Shown here: positions 50,546 through 60,158 of the stretch, piece after piece
How the letters are laid out: every line of letters begins with the position of its first letter
Numbering within the stretch: the stretch's first letter is position 1
From: Vampirovibrionaceae bacterium NZW_1234
GTDB taxonomy: Bacteria; Cyanobacteriota; Vampirovibrionia; Vampirovibrionales; JAGQHJ01
Length of the DNA: 64,000 bases
Reading direction: 5' to 3'
Assembly: GCA_041697335.1 (NCBI GenBank)
Contig: JBGUGD010000030.1
Location: 32,001 to 96,000 of the forward strand
Made by a program: the position numbers and the translations under genes
Notes under the pieces: generated by a model
The model's database searches: none
Seen by the model: the letters and a program-made list of their open reading frames with translations, nothing else
What the model was told of the DNA's origin: nothing

Positions 50546-53500
50546 TTGAAGGGTATACCATTTACGATTCGAGGGGTGACACCGTCTGTAACAACCCCGC
50601 CATTGACACCCAAGCCGCAGCGGTTTGCTGGGTATCGTGTTGATGGCGAAGGAGCCCGATTTTTCAAGCCCATGCCCGGTCCTGATGAGGCTCCAGAATC
50701 CCGTGTTCACTTGGAGTATCGTCAGGGAAAAAGTAACGCCACCCAATCGGTTCCTATGCAATGGAACCCCAAGGTCAAGCAGTGGGAAACCCCTGAAAAC
50801 AAACGAATTTCTTTAAATGAAGCGATATACTATCGTTTTGTTCGACAGAAGCCCGGGCAGCCGGATGAAGCTGTATTGGATCATACAGAGGCCCAAAATG
50901 GCTTCAATGTCATTCCGGCTCAGTCGCCTGATCCCAGCAGTGTGGGACCGGCATTGCTGGTTTTTCGTCGCAGTCTGGTGACCCCGGAACAGCTTCAAGC
51001 CCATAATCAACACCGGGATGTTGAGGGCGATCATGTGGTGTCCAAACAGACGCATTTTAATCGATTGGGTGGTTCCGATGCCTCCAACGGCTTCTTACGG
51101 CAATTGTTTCACCAGTATGGTATTAAGATGGTCGAAGATCGGCCTTTAATTGGTGGCGATAACCTGAGCGCTCACGGCTATTGGACCAATTCGCTGTATC
51201 AGTTGAACTCCATTATTCGTCATCCATCCTCTTTTGATACCTTGGCCTTGGCCAATCTGGAAGATGGTGCCCGGATGTGTTTTGATGGCGCCTTTGTTAA
51301 CGAGGGAATGAACGGGGTTCACTACCTGGCGAATCTGTATTACGGTCAGGATTCCCCTTTTCTGAACTGGTTCGATTACGGCAAGCTGGATCAGTTTCCC
51401 CATCAGCCTCTGAAACTTGGCATTTTGCCGGTCAAGCGCGATCCCAAGACCGGTGAGGAGGTGGTCAATCATGCGGCCTGGAATTTACGCCTGATTCCTC
51501 CCAAGAACCGAGACAACCCGGAAAGCCCCTACTTCATTGAATTATACGATCCGCGCTTGGAAAACCCCGATGGGACCCTCCGGCCAGCCTCAGAAACCAA
51601 GCACCTGTTTTTAACCAACAGCCAGGATTCCATTCAGAAGTATCGCTTCCCGATTAAGCAGTCTCGGCCCCAAGACATTGAGCTCTTGCAGGAGGCCACA
51701 GAGATCAAGAATCCCAACGAGCGGGCCAAGACCCTGATGCGCCTGTTAAGCGAACATAATCGCTTTGAATTGACCACCCGCATGGAAGACAACAGTGGTT
51801 ATTGTTGGGATGGTCAGATTGATGTGAAAAAGGTCAATATTGAGAATCCTGAGGTTACCCAATACGTAGCCGATGCCTGTCGCTATTGGACGGACAAGGT
51901 CGATCGCTTGTATACCAGCCATGTGGGACGGGCCTTTAGCCGTATGGCGGGGACTGACAGCAAACCCAACTGGCTGCAGATTATTTCTGACAATACCAAG
52001 AAGGCCTTGGGCGAGGAACAGGGCGTTTTACCGGCCTTGAACCGTGGTGAGACCCTATCGGTCTCAGAGGCATCGATTCAACAGGCATTGAAAGCCTACC
52101 GGGTGAAAAAGCAAAAACAAACGCGTTCGGCTGGGGCCTTTATGGCAGACAAGATTCACACCCAACTTCCCTTAGGCACCTTGCCCGCCTCACCATGGAT
52201 GCAGATTCTCTTAAACACCCCTCGGCTCAAGCAACTGCTGAACGAGGGAGAGACTCCGCTATGGCTTGAGGTGGCAACCACGCTCTTGAAACCCGCTTTT
52301 AAACTTTTGGATTGGATGTTGCCTTCTCGCAAGCTGGGCCAACGGGCTTTGACTTGGCTCCACAATAAATTTGCCAGCCAGCGTTCTTTTAAGAATCAGT
52401 TGGCGGCCAAGCTGGATAAGTCTTTAACGCCTGCATTAAAGCAAAAACTGGCTGATCCGGTTTTGGGGCATTTGGTGTTTGAGGCTTTGGGACGAAGTAT
52501 TTTTCTTTCCTTACTGACGGGGCAGTTCAGTTCGCCTACCGCGCCGGATAAAGACTTGGCGCCGACTAAAATTGCTGCTCGTATGGCCCAGACCTTGCCT
52601 CCGGAACTGGCCAAGGCGGTGCCCAATCAAGCGGCTCGGCTGTTAAGCCGTTTTCTGGTTCGTGAACTTCAGGAGCTTGAGTTGACCCAGCTCAATGCGC
52701 CTCTCACCCAGCTTCTAAAAGAGATCACTCCGGAAGGGGCGGTTGTGGCCCGTCATGTTCTCCATGAGCGCCGTCTCGGCCTTCACTGGCGGATTGATGC
52801 CATGAAAGATCTGGGGGACATGGATGGCGTTCGGGCCGAGCCTTCAACGCAACTTCGTTATGAGCGCTTGCGGGACAAAGAGCTTCCCAAAGTGGTTAAT
52901 ATTATGTCCCAGGTGGCCCAGGGCATTCGTGAGGCTTTCCCCAATAGCATAATTAAAGCTGAAATCACGGACTTGGAAGCCTTGGCTGGGGATAAGGCCA
53001 CCGAATTGTTCAAGTATCTGATGGGTACCCGGGTCATTAACGGTATTCCCAACTATAACTGGATGTATTCCTCCGGTCACAAAGCCGTTCGGATGACGGC
53101 CAATCCCGATGGAGACTATCCGGAACAGTTAACGCCCGCAGATTTCCTTCAGCACAAGCTCAAAGCCATGTTGGAGGTGCTGCCGATGGACCAAGCCTTG
53201 CTGTTCCAGAATATGACCTCCAATCATGACAAATCCACGTCGGTTTTTGGGCTGACGGTGCATCCCTATGAGGCCCGCTTGAACTACCTGGGCTGGATTG
53301 GTATGAACTTTCAGGATAACGGCCAAGATCGGGGGCATTTCCCCTTGGCGGTCAATGAGCTTCAATCCATGCGTGCGCTTCAATGTCTACGGCAGTCGCT
53401 GCCAGATGGGGTCTATGATCGCTTGAAGTCGCTTGCTCGTGAAAAACAAGAGGCTATCCTGGCCACGGCAGCCCAAAAAGCCAAGGCCCGCGAGGATGAT

Positions 53501-54703
53501 TTTACCGAGATTGGACCTTACTTACTCAAGCAAGACCAACGTCCTGACCCGGTGACTCATCGGCCAGTTCCCTTGGAGGTTAAGCGCAATTATGTGGACG
53601 CCATGTTTGACGTGCTTCAGCCTGGAGATCTGGGACTCAATGCAGATCAGCACCAGCAATTGAAAAATGCCGTCGGAGCCTTGCTTACGGAACCCAGCGA
53701 AGTGAAAGCCTTCCGGGGTAAATTTTCTAATGCGTTTCATGCCTTGGTGAGCCATCCGGATGCCTTGGCCAATGCGCTTGGGAAAGATGAAGCTAAAATT
53801 CAAGCCGTGAAGCCGGTTTTAGAAGCGCTGGCCCCTGTGTTTGATTCGAAAGTGTGGGAGGTGACGCAACACTTTGCCAAGACCTCCGGCGCTTGGTTAG
53901 GCTATCAGCAATTGGATTATGCTGTGGGTTGGGTCTTGGATGCGATCAGAGAGTCCTTGGAAGAGACCTCGCCTTTAAAGGCCGCCTTGGCCGATCCCAA
54001 AGCCAAAGTGGCCACGACGCAAGCCATTTATACACAGATGGTGATGCCAGGCTTGGAACAGTATAAGCGCATTGTGGCCTTACAGATGGTCACTCCTGGG
54101 GATCCGACCCTGTATCTGCCCGATTTGTTGGGGCAAGCCGGGGGTGAGGACCTGAAGAACATGTATTTGGGCAATCGGGAATTGATCCGCCGGGATTGGT
54201 TGAACCCACAAAGTCCTTATCACAACCCTGTCATTCATCGCTTCTTTAACGAATTGGCCGATCTGGTGCGCTTGCGTCATGAAAATCATGTGCTCAACAA
54301 CGGTTTTGTGGAGCTGCCCTTGGATCCGGCTCGTCCCGAGGATCAGGCAAAATTGAACCAGGCCCCCATTGTTCCGCTGGTTCGGGACAATGGCACGGAT
54401 CAGGCTCTGTGTCTTGTCAATCTCGGGGCACCTGAGAGCCCTTGGAACAGTTGGGTGGCCATGCGAGAACAGCGTGAACCCAATTCCCCTTATTCGGAAT
54501 TACACTCCACCCAACCGAAGGTATCCAATTACAGCCTGGATCTGACTCACTTGGGCGTCCCGGAGGGGGCCCTTTTCGAAAGTGTGGATCCCGAGGGGCG
54601 TGGCACAAAATACGTGGTGCGTAACCGTCGGCTGGTTGATGCCGATCAGCCTGACAAGGGCATTGATGTGGCCATTGCCCGGGTTTTAAAGCGAGTGTCT
54701 TAA
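50546..54703 (+). CDS. Very large GH13 (alpha-amylase family) glycoside hydrolase with long insertions
   Basis: HGYWT, DGAFVNE, NPEV...RYW, WRIDAMKD, KAEIT, SNHD and PGDPTLY occur in canonical order. GGGGA RBS favours TTG 50546 (ORF track starts at 50504). Confidence 0.8.
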   Translation: MKGIPFTIRGVTPSVTTPPLTPKPQRFAGYRVDGEGARFFKPMPGPDEAPESRVHLEYRQGKSNATQSVPMQWNPKVKQWETPENKRISLNEAIYYRFVRQKPGQPDEAVLDHTEAQNGFNVIPAQSPDPSSVGPALLVFRRSLVTPEQLQAHNQHRDVEGDHVVSKQTHFNRLGGSDASNGFLRQLFHQYGIKMVEDRPLIGGDNLSAHGYWTNSLYQLNSIIRHPSSFDTLALANLEDGARMCFDGAFVNEGMNGVHYLANLYYGQDSPFLNWFDYGKLDQFPHQPLKLGILPVKRDPKTGEEVVNHAAWNLRLIPPKNRDNPESPYFIELYDPRLENPDGTLRPASETKHLFLTNSQDSIQKYRFPIKQSRPQDIELLQEATEIKNPNERAKTLMRLLSEHNRFELTTRMEDNSGYCWDGQIDVKKVNIENPEVTQYVADACRYWTDKVDRLYTSHVGRAFSRMAGTDSKPNWLQIISDNTKKALGEEQGVLPALNRGETLSVSEASIQQALKAYRVKKQKQTRSAGAFMADKIHTQLPLGTLPASPWMQILLNTPRLKQLLNEGETPLWLEVATTLLKPAFKLLDWMLPSRKLGQRALTWLHNKFASQRSFKNQLAAKLDKSLTPALKQKLADPVLGHLVFEALGRSIFLSLLTGQFSSPTAPDKDLAPTKIAARMAQTLPPELAKAVPNQAARLLSRFLVRELQELELTQLNAPLTQLLKEITPEGAVVARHVLHERRLGLHWRIDAMKDLGDMDGVRAEPSTQLRYERLRDKELPKVVNIMSQVAQGIREAFPNSIIKAEITDLEALAGDKATELFKYLMGTRVINGIPNYNWMYSSGHKAVRMTANPDGDYPEQLTPADFLQHKLKAMLEVLPMDQALLFQNMTSNHDKSTSVFGLTVHPYEARLNYLGWIGMNFQDNGQDRGHFPLAVNELQSMRALQCLRQSLPDGVYDRLKSLAREKQEAILATAAQKAKAREDDFTEIGPYLLKQDQRPDPVTHRPVPLEVKRNYVDAMFDVLQPGDLGLNADQHQQLKNAVGALLTEPSEVKAFRGKFSNAFHALVSHPDALANALGKDEAKIQAVKPVLEALAPVFDSKVWEVTQHFAKTSGAWLGYQQLDYAVGWVLDAIRESLEETSPLKAALADPKAKVATTQAIYTQMVMPGLEQYKRIVALQMVTPGDPTLYLPDLLGQAGGEDLKNMYLGNRELIRRDWLNPQSPYHNPVIHRFFNELADLVRLRHENHVLNNGFVELPLDPARPEDQAKLNQAPIVPLVRDNGTDQALCLVNLGAPESPWNSWVAMREQREPNSPYSELHSTQPKVSNYSLDLTHLGVPEGALFESVDPEGRGTKYVVRNRRLVDADQPDKGIDVAIARVLKRVS

Positions 54704-54706
54704 GCC

Positions 54707-55003
54707 TTAGCGTTTGTCCAAGTAATACAACAAGCCGGCATAGTCGGTCGGCTGAAGTTGGACATTGGGATCCAGGGAGCCGTAGTGGGGTACGGTGTAA
54801 TAGCCAGGTTGCAGCTTGTCCTCCAGAGAGCCTTGGCGGTCTTTACCGGTGTAACTGACGGGCACCATATTCAAATCGGTTGTGGCATCCTGAGAGCGGC
54901 TTTGCAAGGATTTTGAAATTTTGCTTACAGCAGTGGCATGGGCCCATTGCGGAACGAGCAGTGCTGAGACCAATAACAGCCCGATGAGTGAATGACGCGA
55001 CAT
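54707..55003 (-). CDS. Small exported hypothetical protein (98 aa)
   Basis: AAAGGAG RBS; Sec-type signal MSRHSLIGLLLVSALLVPQWAHA. Confidence 0.75.
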   Translation of the reverse strand: MSRHSLIGLLLVSALLVPQWAHATAVSKISKSLQSRSQDATTDLNMVPVSYTGKDRQGSLEDKLQPGYYTVPHYGSLDPNVQLQPTDYAGLLYYLDKR

Positions 55004-55290
55004 CAGAGTGACTCCTTTTCTGGTGAACCTGTCTCTGTGACTTGTGAGAAACACTGTATCCAACGGTGGCATGGCAGTTGTTTCATCCACGCGGACCGCA
55101 ATTCCTGTATTGATGACGAAGATATCGACCATTTCAATCAAATCTGTAGCCCAGATCTTTCTTGATTTGCCTTTCACGTTAGAAGCGGTTTTCACCGGAT
55201 TTTCGCGGAAGGGGTGGGGATTATTGATTTGAATTTCTAAAACGGATACTTCACACCATTGAGACGCCGGGCAAGAACCGAGACGGTGTT

Positions 55291-55743
55291 TTATACGGTT
55301 TTACCGATACCATATTTTGCATCACGCTGCGGCGTATCGGCGATGGTACGAACAGCATCATTTGTAGGCGTTGGTGACGTTGCTTGAATCTTTTTTAGCA
55401 CACTGTCGGCACAGCGGGTGCAAACAAGTCGCTCATGGGGTCTTAATTCTGTATTGCAGGTTTTACAGCTGGGTTTTTGTTCTTCTTGCTCGCCATGGAG
55501 GGCATCACCAAAGCGACCTTCTTTGACCAAGAGCACAAAAAATAGTTCTGGAACTTCGGCTCCTGCTGCAATTTTCTCTTTGTCCGTGAGCTTGTATACC
55601 CCAGGATGCTCCCGTAAGAAGTCCAGGATTTTGAGATGGGCCATGTTACATTGCTTGATGCATTGACGGCATAAGGCAGCCTGCAGGCCAGTGTAAGCCG
55701 CATTATGGGTGTTCTTGCAATGTTCGCACTCTTGGATTGGCAT
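55291..55743 (-). CDS. Cys-rich protein resembling the YvyF flagellar-region family
   Basis: CxxC...CxxC, then DFLREHP...I.....V......LVKEGR, then CxxC...CxxC; GAGGAG RBS. Confidence 0.65.
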   Translation of the reverse strand: MPIQECEHCKNTHNAAYTGLQAALCRQCIKQCNMAHLKILDFLREHPGVYKLTDKEKIAAGAEVPELFFVLLVKEGRFGDALHGEQEEQKPSCKTCNTELRPHERLVCTRCADSVLKKIQATSPTPTNDAVRTIADTPQRDAKYGIGKTV

Positions 55744-55967
55744 GTGTGGGGCTTCTCCTCGGACAGAACAGATCGCGGTGGTGAGGTGGATATCGACCAA
55801 TTGGAGGAAAACCTAAGTGATAGACCTGTTTTGTTACATTTTTGCAACAATTGCCAGAACAGCGTTACTGCGACGAGGAGCAAAGACAGTGTTGTTAGTG
55901 GCCTTAGGCCACTAAATCATTGCACTTAGTGACAATGAGCCATCTTATTGATTTGAAGACTTAAAAA

Positions 55968-56044
55968 TGGCGGGGCGGACGGGGCTCGAACCCGCGACTT
56001 CCTGCGTGACAGGCAGGTACTCTAACCAACTGAGCTACCGCCCC
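55968..56044 (-). tRNA. tRNA-Asp (anticodon GTC)
   Basis: Reverse complement GGGGCGGTAGCTCAGTTGGTTAGAG...CTGTCAC...GTTCGAGC...CCGCCCCGCCA. Confidence 0.97.
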
Positions 56045-56059
56045 AAAGCCATGTACCTC

Positions 56060-56089
56060 CTTATAGCATAAGAGATTTGTACGAGACAA
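56060..56089 (-). promoter_or_regulatory. Sigma70-type promoter of tRNA-Asp
   Basis: TTGTCT-N18-TATAAG with TGn extension on the minus strand. Confidence 0.55.
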
Positions 56090-56164
56090 GAAAAAAAATT
56101 TTGAGGCCAAGTGGAAGAACCTCATTTCTTTGGTATAAAGTGCCTGGTCCTGTCGCTTCGATGA

Positions 56165-56518
56165 CTAGCGATCGCTGAGGAAACCCAGGACCCCGTATGC
56201 CGCTCTTCGGCGAAGGTCGGGAGAGGCTTTTTCCAAGAGGAATAGTATTTCCCGGATCAGCGGATCCTGATCAAACCATGGGGAATTGGGGTTTGTGTTC
56301 AAATCTTGCTGTGGCGCAAAAAACCAGTCCAAGGGCTTGTTGTACAACTTGCTTAAGTAAAACAATTCCAAGGCATCTACTTTGCGCTGGCCGCTTTCGA
56401 TGCCAGAAATTGCCGACGGGGTGACCCGTAGGTAACGGGCGGCTTGCTCTTGCTTGAGCTGAGCTTCCTGTCGCGCTTGCTTTAGCCGAGCGCCTAACGA
56501 TGTACGCGTGTCTTCCAT
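56165..56518 (-). CDS. XRE-family helix-turn-helix regulator
   Basis: LGARLKQAR....LKQEQAA..L.V..SAIS.IESGQR; ATG 56518. Confidence 0.9.
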   Translation of the reverse strand: MEDTRTSLGARLKQARQEAQLKQEQAARYLRVTPSAISGIESGQRKVDALELFYLSKLYNKPLDWFFAPQQDLNTNPNSPWFDQDPLIREILFLLEKASPDLRRRAAYGVLGFLSDR

Positions 56519-56605
56519 GACGATGATGTCGGTGATTCTGGAGTAAACTTTAAGAGGGGGTTGTTTGACACTCTGACCAACGGGTCGTTTTTTCGAGGAC
56601 AGGTT

Positions 56606-57205
56606 ATGCAAGGTTTTGGGTCCATCGAAGTGGCAGGAAAAACCAAAAAACAGCTTCGCCAAGAGGCTAAGGCACGTCGGGGCCTGTTGGATATGGTTTC
56701 GCTGAGTGATGCACTGGCTGCTCAAGTCGCCAAGTGGCCGGTCTTTCAGGAAGCCCAGGAGGTCTTGCTGTACGCGGCCTTAGCCCAGGAAGTGAACTTG
56801 CTGTCTCTGACAGACGCCTTCCCCGAGAAAGCATGGTATCTGCCCCGAGTGGATAGGTCAGTGATTCAGATGACCTTCCATCGGTATCAGCCGGGTGATG
56901 TGCTTGTTAAAAACCGCTTTGGCATTGAGGAGCCACAACCGCATTCGGAGCAATGGCAGCCATTATATGGGCGAACAATACCAGCCTTGATGTTTGTTCC
57001 TGCCTTGCTCCTTGATTCTCGGGGAATACGCCTGGGCTTTGGCCAAGGCTATTACGATCGCTATTTGGCACAACACCCAGAAAAGCTCATAACGGCGTGT
57101 GTATTGCCGTGCTCATTTTTGGTTGAAGCGTTGCCCAAAGACCCGTGGGATGTTTCGGTCGGCTATGCTATTACGGAAGCGGGGCCAATGGCTCTTATGG
57201 ATTAA
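56606..57205 (+). CDS. 5-formyltetrahydrofolate cyclo-ligase
   Basis: KKQLR, YLPRV, FGIEEP, G.RLGFGQGYYDR.L, WD. Start approximate. Confidence 0.92.
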   Translation: MQGFGSIEVAGKTKKQLRQEAKARRGLLDMVSLSDALAAQVAKWPVFQEAQEVLLYAALAQEVNLLSLTDAFPEKAWYLPRVDRSVIQMTFHRYQPGDVLVKNRFGIEEPQPHSEQWQPLYGRTIPALMFVPALLLDSRGIRLGFGQGYYDRYLAQHPEKLITACVLPCSFLVEALPKDPWDVSVGYAITEAGPMALMD

Positions 57206-57412
57206 TGGGTTTTGACATCTTGCTTTGCTCTTTAATGGCTCTATAGAAAAGCCTGTTTTGTGCCTTTTGGAAAAAACAATCTTGTAAAGCCTTATGCTGA
57301 GCTGATTATAACGTTAAGAAACGTTTCAGTTTTGGTTCAAGGCGCAATTTTTCGGGAAAAATAGTTTTAAAATCTATATACTTATAGTGCGTGAAATAGA
57401 AGGAGTCGACGA

Positions 57413-57868
57413 GTGTCCAATACGAGTATTGAAACACCCAATACCGATCTGACGCTGACCCTGGAGAACAGCCCCAAAACTTTACCGGGCTTTGTACACG
57501 CGGGCGATCGCTTTGAACACCAAGGGCAATTTGCCAAAACGCTGGCTTCGGCGTTTATCAAGTTTACTGCAGAAGGTCAATACCATTCGTCGCAAGATTC
57601 GGTCGACAGCTTTATTGCCTTGGCCGATTTGCACCGGGAACTGACCGATGAAATCCGGGCGTTTATGCACGATGAGGTTCCCTTTGTGTATGAAGATCAA
57701 CAAATCCAGCCTCTTTTGCTGAATTTTGCCGTCTATCGATTGACCCAAATCAGTCGGCGCTACTATTTTGCCACCTTGCAAAATCAACCCCAAGCGATAT
57801 TAGAAGATTTAAAAACCGTGATTCGGGCCCGACAACAGGAATACGATTTGTTGTTGCATCACGCTTGA
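57413..57868 (+). CDS. Hypothetical protein
   Basis: GAAGGAG RBS before GTG; 151 aa; followed by a terminator. Confidence 0.75.
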   Translation: MSNTSIETPNTDLTLTLENSPKTLPGFVHAGDRFEHQGQFAKTLASAFIKFTAEGQYHSSQDSVDSFIALADLHRELTDEIRAFMHDEVPFVYEDQQIQPLLLNFAVYRLTQISRRYYFATLQNQPQAILEDLKTVIRARQQEYDLLLHHA

Positions 57869-57888
57869 GCCTAACAGGCAACCAATTT

Positions 57889-57924
57889 AAAGCCCTCAAG
57901 CCAAAGACGGCTTGAGGGCTTTTT
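57889..57924. terminator. Bidirectional intrinsic terminator
   Basis: AAAGCCCTCAAGCC...GGCTTGAGGGCTTTTT between convergent genes. Confidence 0.85.
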
Positions 57925-57937
57925 GCTTCAGGCAAGT

Positions 57938-58798
57938 TTAAAGTGCCAATTGTTGCTGAGCTAAAGGCGATAAGAAATCGTCCGAGCCCAGATCTTTAAT
58001 CAAATTCACTCGCCTGACGTGAACGCAATTGCCGGTTTTGACCTCAATGGTGAATCGACTGGCATTCACCTGTACGACCGATCCCTCGGCAACATCCATA
58101 CGGGTAGGGTATAAGGTTTTGAGGCGTTCGATAGAAGGCTCTATGGCCATGCCAATCACACTGTCATAGGTGCCGCAAAAACCGGAATCGGTAATATATC
58201 CGGTTTTCCGATTTAAAATCCGCTCGTCGGCGGTTTGCACATGGGTGTGTGTCCCGGTAAAGGCGCTAATGCCAAGAGCGCTGGCATAGCGGGCAAAGGC
58301 AATTTTTTCGGCCGTGGCTTCGGCATGAAAATCCACAAAGAGAATGGGGGTTTCGTACAACATCTGCGAGACCAAGGCTTCAATCTTATCCCACGGGGAG
58401 TTGTAGTTGTTCATGAAGACCTGGCCAATCAGGTTGATGACCCCGACTTTGAACCCCGGAAAATCAAACACCCGAGCGCCACAACCCAGGCTGTTATCGG
58501 GGAAGTTGGCCGGTCTCAGCAATTGATCGGCGGCATAAATGTAATCAAAAATTTCCTTGCGATCCCAGATATGGTTGCCGCTGGTGAGAATATGGACCCC
58601 ATTCTGCAGGAGTTCATGGTAGTTCTTTTCACTCAGGCCAAACCCGTGGGAGGCGTTTTCGGCATTGGCAATGACCACATCCGGTTTTTGTGAGGCATCC
58701 AAGGTCTGCAGGTACCATTGGACCGCCCGCCGGCCTGGCCGACCCACCAGATCACCGAAGAATAAAATATCGATCGTTTCCGGACAACCTTCACCCAT
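57938..58798 (-). CDS. YmdB-family (TIGR00282) metallophosphoesterase
   Basis: GD.VG.PGR, NAEN, TSGNH.WD, RPAN, DFHAEAT.EK, GTHTHVQTAD. Confidence 0.94.
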   Translation of the reverse strand: MGEGCPETIDILFFGDLVGRPGRRAVQWYLQTLDASQKPDVVIANAENASHGFGLSEKNYHELLQNGVHILTSGNHIWDRKEIFDYIYAADQLLRPANFPDNSLGCGARVFDFPGFKVGVINLIGQVFMNNYNSPWDKIEALVSQMLYETPILFVDFHAEATAEKIAFARYASALGISAFTGTHTHVQTADERILNRKTGYITDSGFCGTYDSVIGMAIEPSIERLKTLYPTRMDVAEGSVVQVNASRFTIEVKTGNCVHVRRVNLIKDLGSDDFLSPLAQQQLAL

Positions 58799-59114
58799 GG
58801 TATGTGACGTCCTTTCTAAGAGCTGTCGTGCTCGGACAAGGGCTTGTGAGGGACTCGCGATGACTGACTTATCGCATTGTTATTGTACCCTACGCCTATT
58901 TGCTACTGCAAGCAGCGAGGGCAATGCTCAAGGGTAGTGGCCAGTATAAGGCGTGGCTAAGGGGTTTGGCAGGTACCCCTTGCATAGACCATGGTGAGCG
59001 CGATGAGCAACTGCGTGAAGTGTATCCATCAGGCCAATGCATTTCTGAATATCGGATCTTTAAGATGAAGTGTTACTAGTCTAATGCGTGGGCTGAATCA
59101 GGAGGTACGTTCAC

Positions 59115-59321
59115 ATGGCTGCACAGGGCAGAGGTCGCGGGAAGACACCCCAGAAATCTAAGGCAATGACCGTCCAAGAGGCGGGGCGAAAAGGGGGCAA
59201 TGTGGTGAAAGAAAAGTATGGGCCTGAATTTTATTCGGAAATCGGTAAAAAAGGCGGCGAAAAAGTTCAGGCTGAAGCAAAACGCTATCGCGAGTTGAAA
59301 AAATCGGGACAGTTGGATTAA
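59115..59321 (+). CDS. KGG-repeat stress protein (YciG/GsiB/con-10-like)
   Basis: MTVQEAGRKGG...YGPEFYSEIGKKGG; AGGAGG RBS. Confidence 0.9.
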   Translation: MAAQGRGRGKTPQKSKAMTVQEAGRKGGNVVKEKYGPEFYSEIGKKGGEKVQAEAKRYRELKKSGQLD

Positions 59322-59352
59322 GGCACGCATTATCATAAAAGGAGAATTCCTC

Positions 59353-59580
59353 ATGGCGGAAAGAAAACATCGGAAGTCCACCAAAACAGCGGAGAAAGGC
59401 AAAAAAGAAGCCATGACCGTTCAAGAAGCCGGACGTAAAGGCGGCAATGCTGTTAAAGAGAAGTATGGCCCTGAGTTTTATTCCAAAATCGGACAAAAAG
59501 GTGGTGAAATTCGTGGGCGTGAGATTTCTGAAGCGGCTAAGTATTTTCGTGAGCATCCCAATGTGTCCAGCAATGCCTGA
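59353..59580 (+). CDS. KGG-repeat stress protein (paralog)
   Basis: MTVQEAGRKGG...YGPEFYSKIGQKGG; AAGGAG RBS. Confidence 0.9.
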   Translation: MAERKHRKSTKTAEKGKKEAMTVQEAGRKGGNAVKEKYGPEFYSKIGQKGGEIRGREISEAAKYFREHPNVSSNA

Positions 59581-59782
59581 TTGGCCGACCTTGTCCATGA
59601 CACCACTGGAACGCTTGTTGCCGTTTCCTGGAGTTGGGGGCTGCAATGGACTGTAAACCCCCCAGTGGAGCAGTGTTTGTTCGGGAAACGCGACAGTAAA
59701 CTGAATCAGCATCTCCAGATTGGACTTGGCAGATGCTTTTGATGGACCCCAATGCCCTGTCTTGGGAAGGAGAATTTGTTGC

Positions 59783-60082
59783 ATGGCAACGCAGAAAAAT
59801 GAAGATTATGTTGGTGAAGAGCACGATTCGCGGGGTGGTTCCCTTATTGTGACCCAGGAGGAATGGTTGCATCTGGACTCGCTTTGGGAGCCTGAAACGG
59901 TGGACTTGATCCAGGAAAAGCTTCAAGGCCGAGCCACGTTGACTTTGGATCATCACCATCATGGCAGCTTTCAAGAGTCTGACGGAGCTGGTGCCCACGA
60001 TTTTTACCTGGCTTTTGAACCTCAGCGGGTTGTCTTTCATATGAATCGCCATGCGTTTCACCGGATTGAGGCGGTGAAGTAG
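59783..60082 (+). CDS. Small acidic hypothetical protein
   Basis: AAGGAG RBS before ATG 59783; 99 aa. Confidence 0.65.
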   Translation: MATQKNEDYVGEEHDSRGGSLIVTQEEWLHLDSLWEPETVDLIQEKLQGRATLTLDHHHHGSFQESDGAGAHDFYLAFEPQRVVFHMNRHAFHRIEAVK

Positions 60083-60158
60083 CGATGTGGCAGGGCATTA
60101 TTTTATGAATTAGCGATATTTTTTGGGTAGGTATCAAACAAGGAGGGGGACCGAGGTT

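Noticed and set aside
55968..56518. Prophage or integrative element at tRNA-Asp suggested by the adjacent XRE regulator
   Set aside because: No integrase, phage genes or duplicated tRNA end visible; neighbours are ordinary genes.
56519..56605. 6S RNA, often found upstream of 5-formyl-THF cyclo-ligase genes
   Set aside because: The gap is under 100 bp and shows no long hairpin.
49323..57511. HIP1 (GCGATCGC) repeats at 49323, 56168 and 57504
   Set aside because: Only about three spotted by eye in 64 kb, close to chance and far from the dense pattern of HIP1-rich cyanobacteria.
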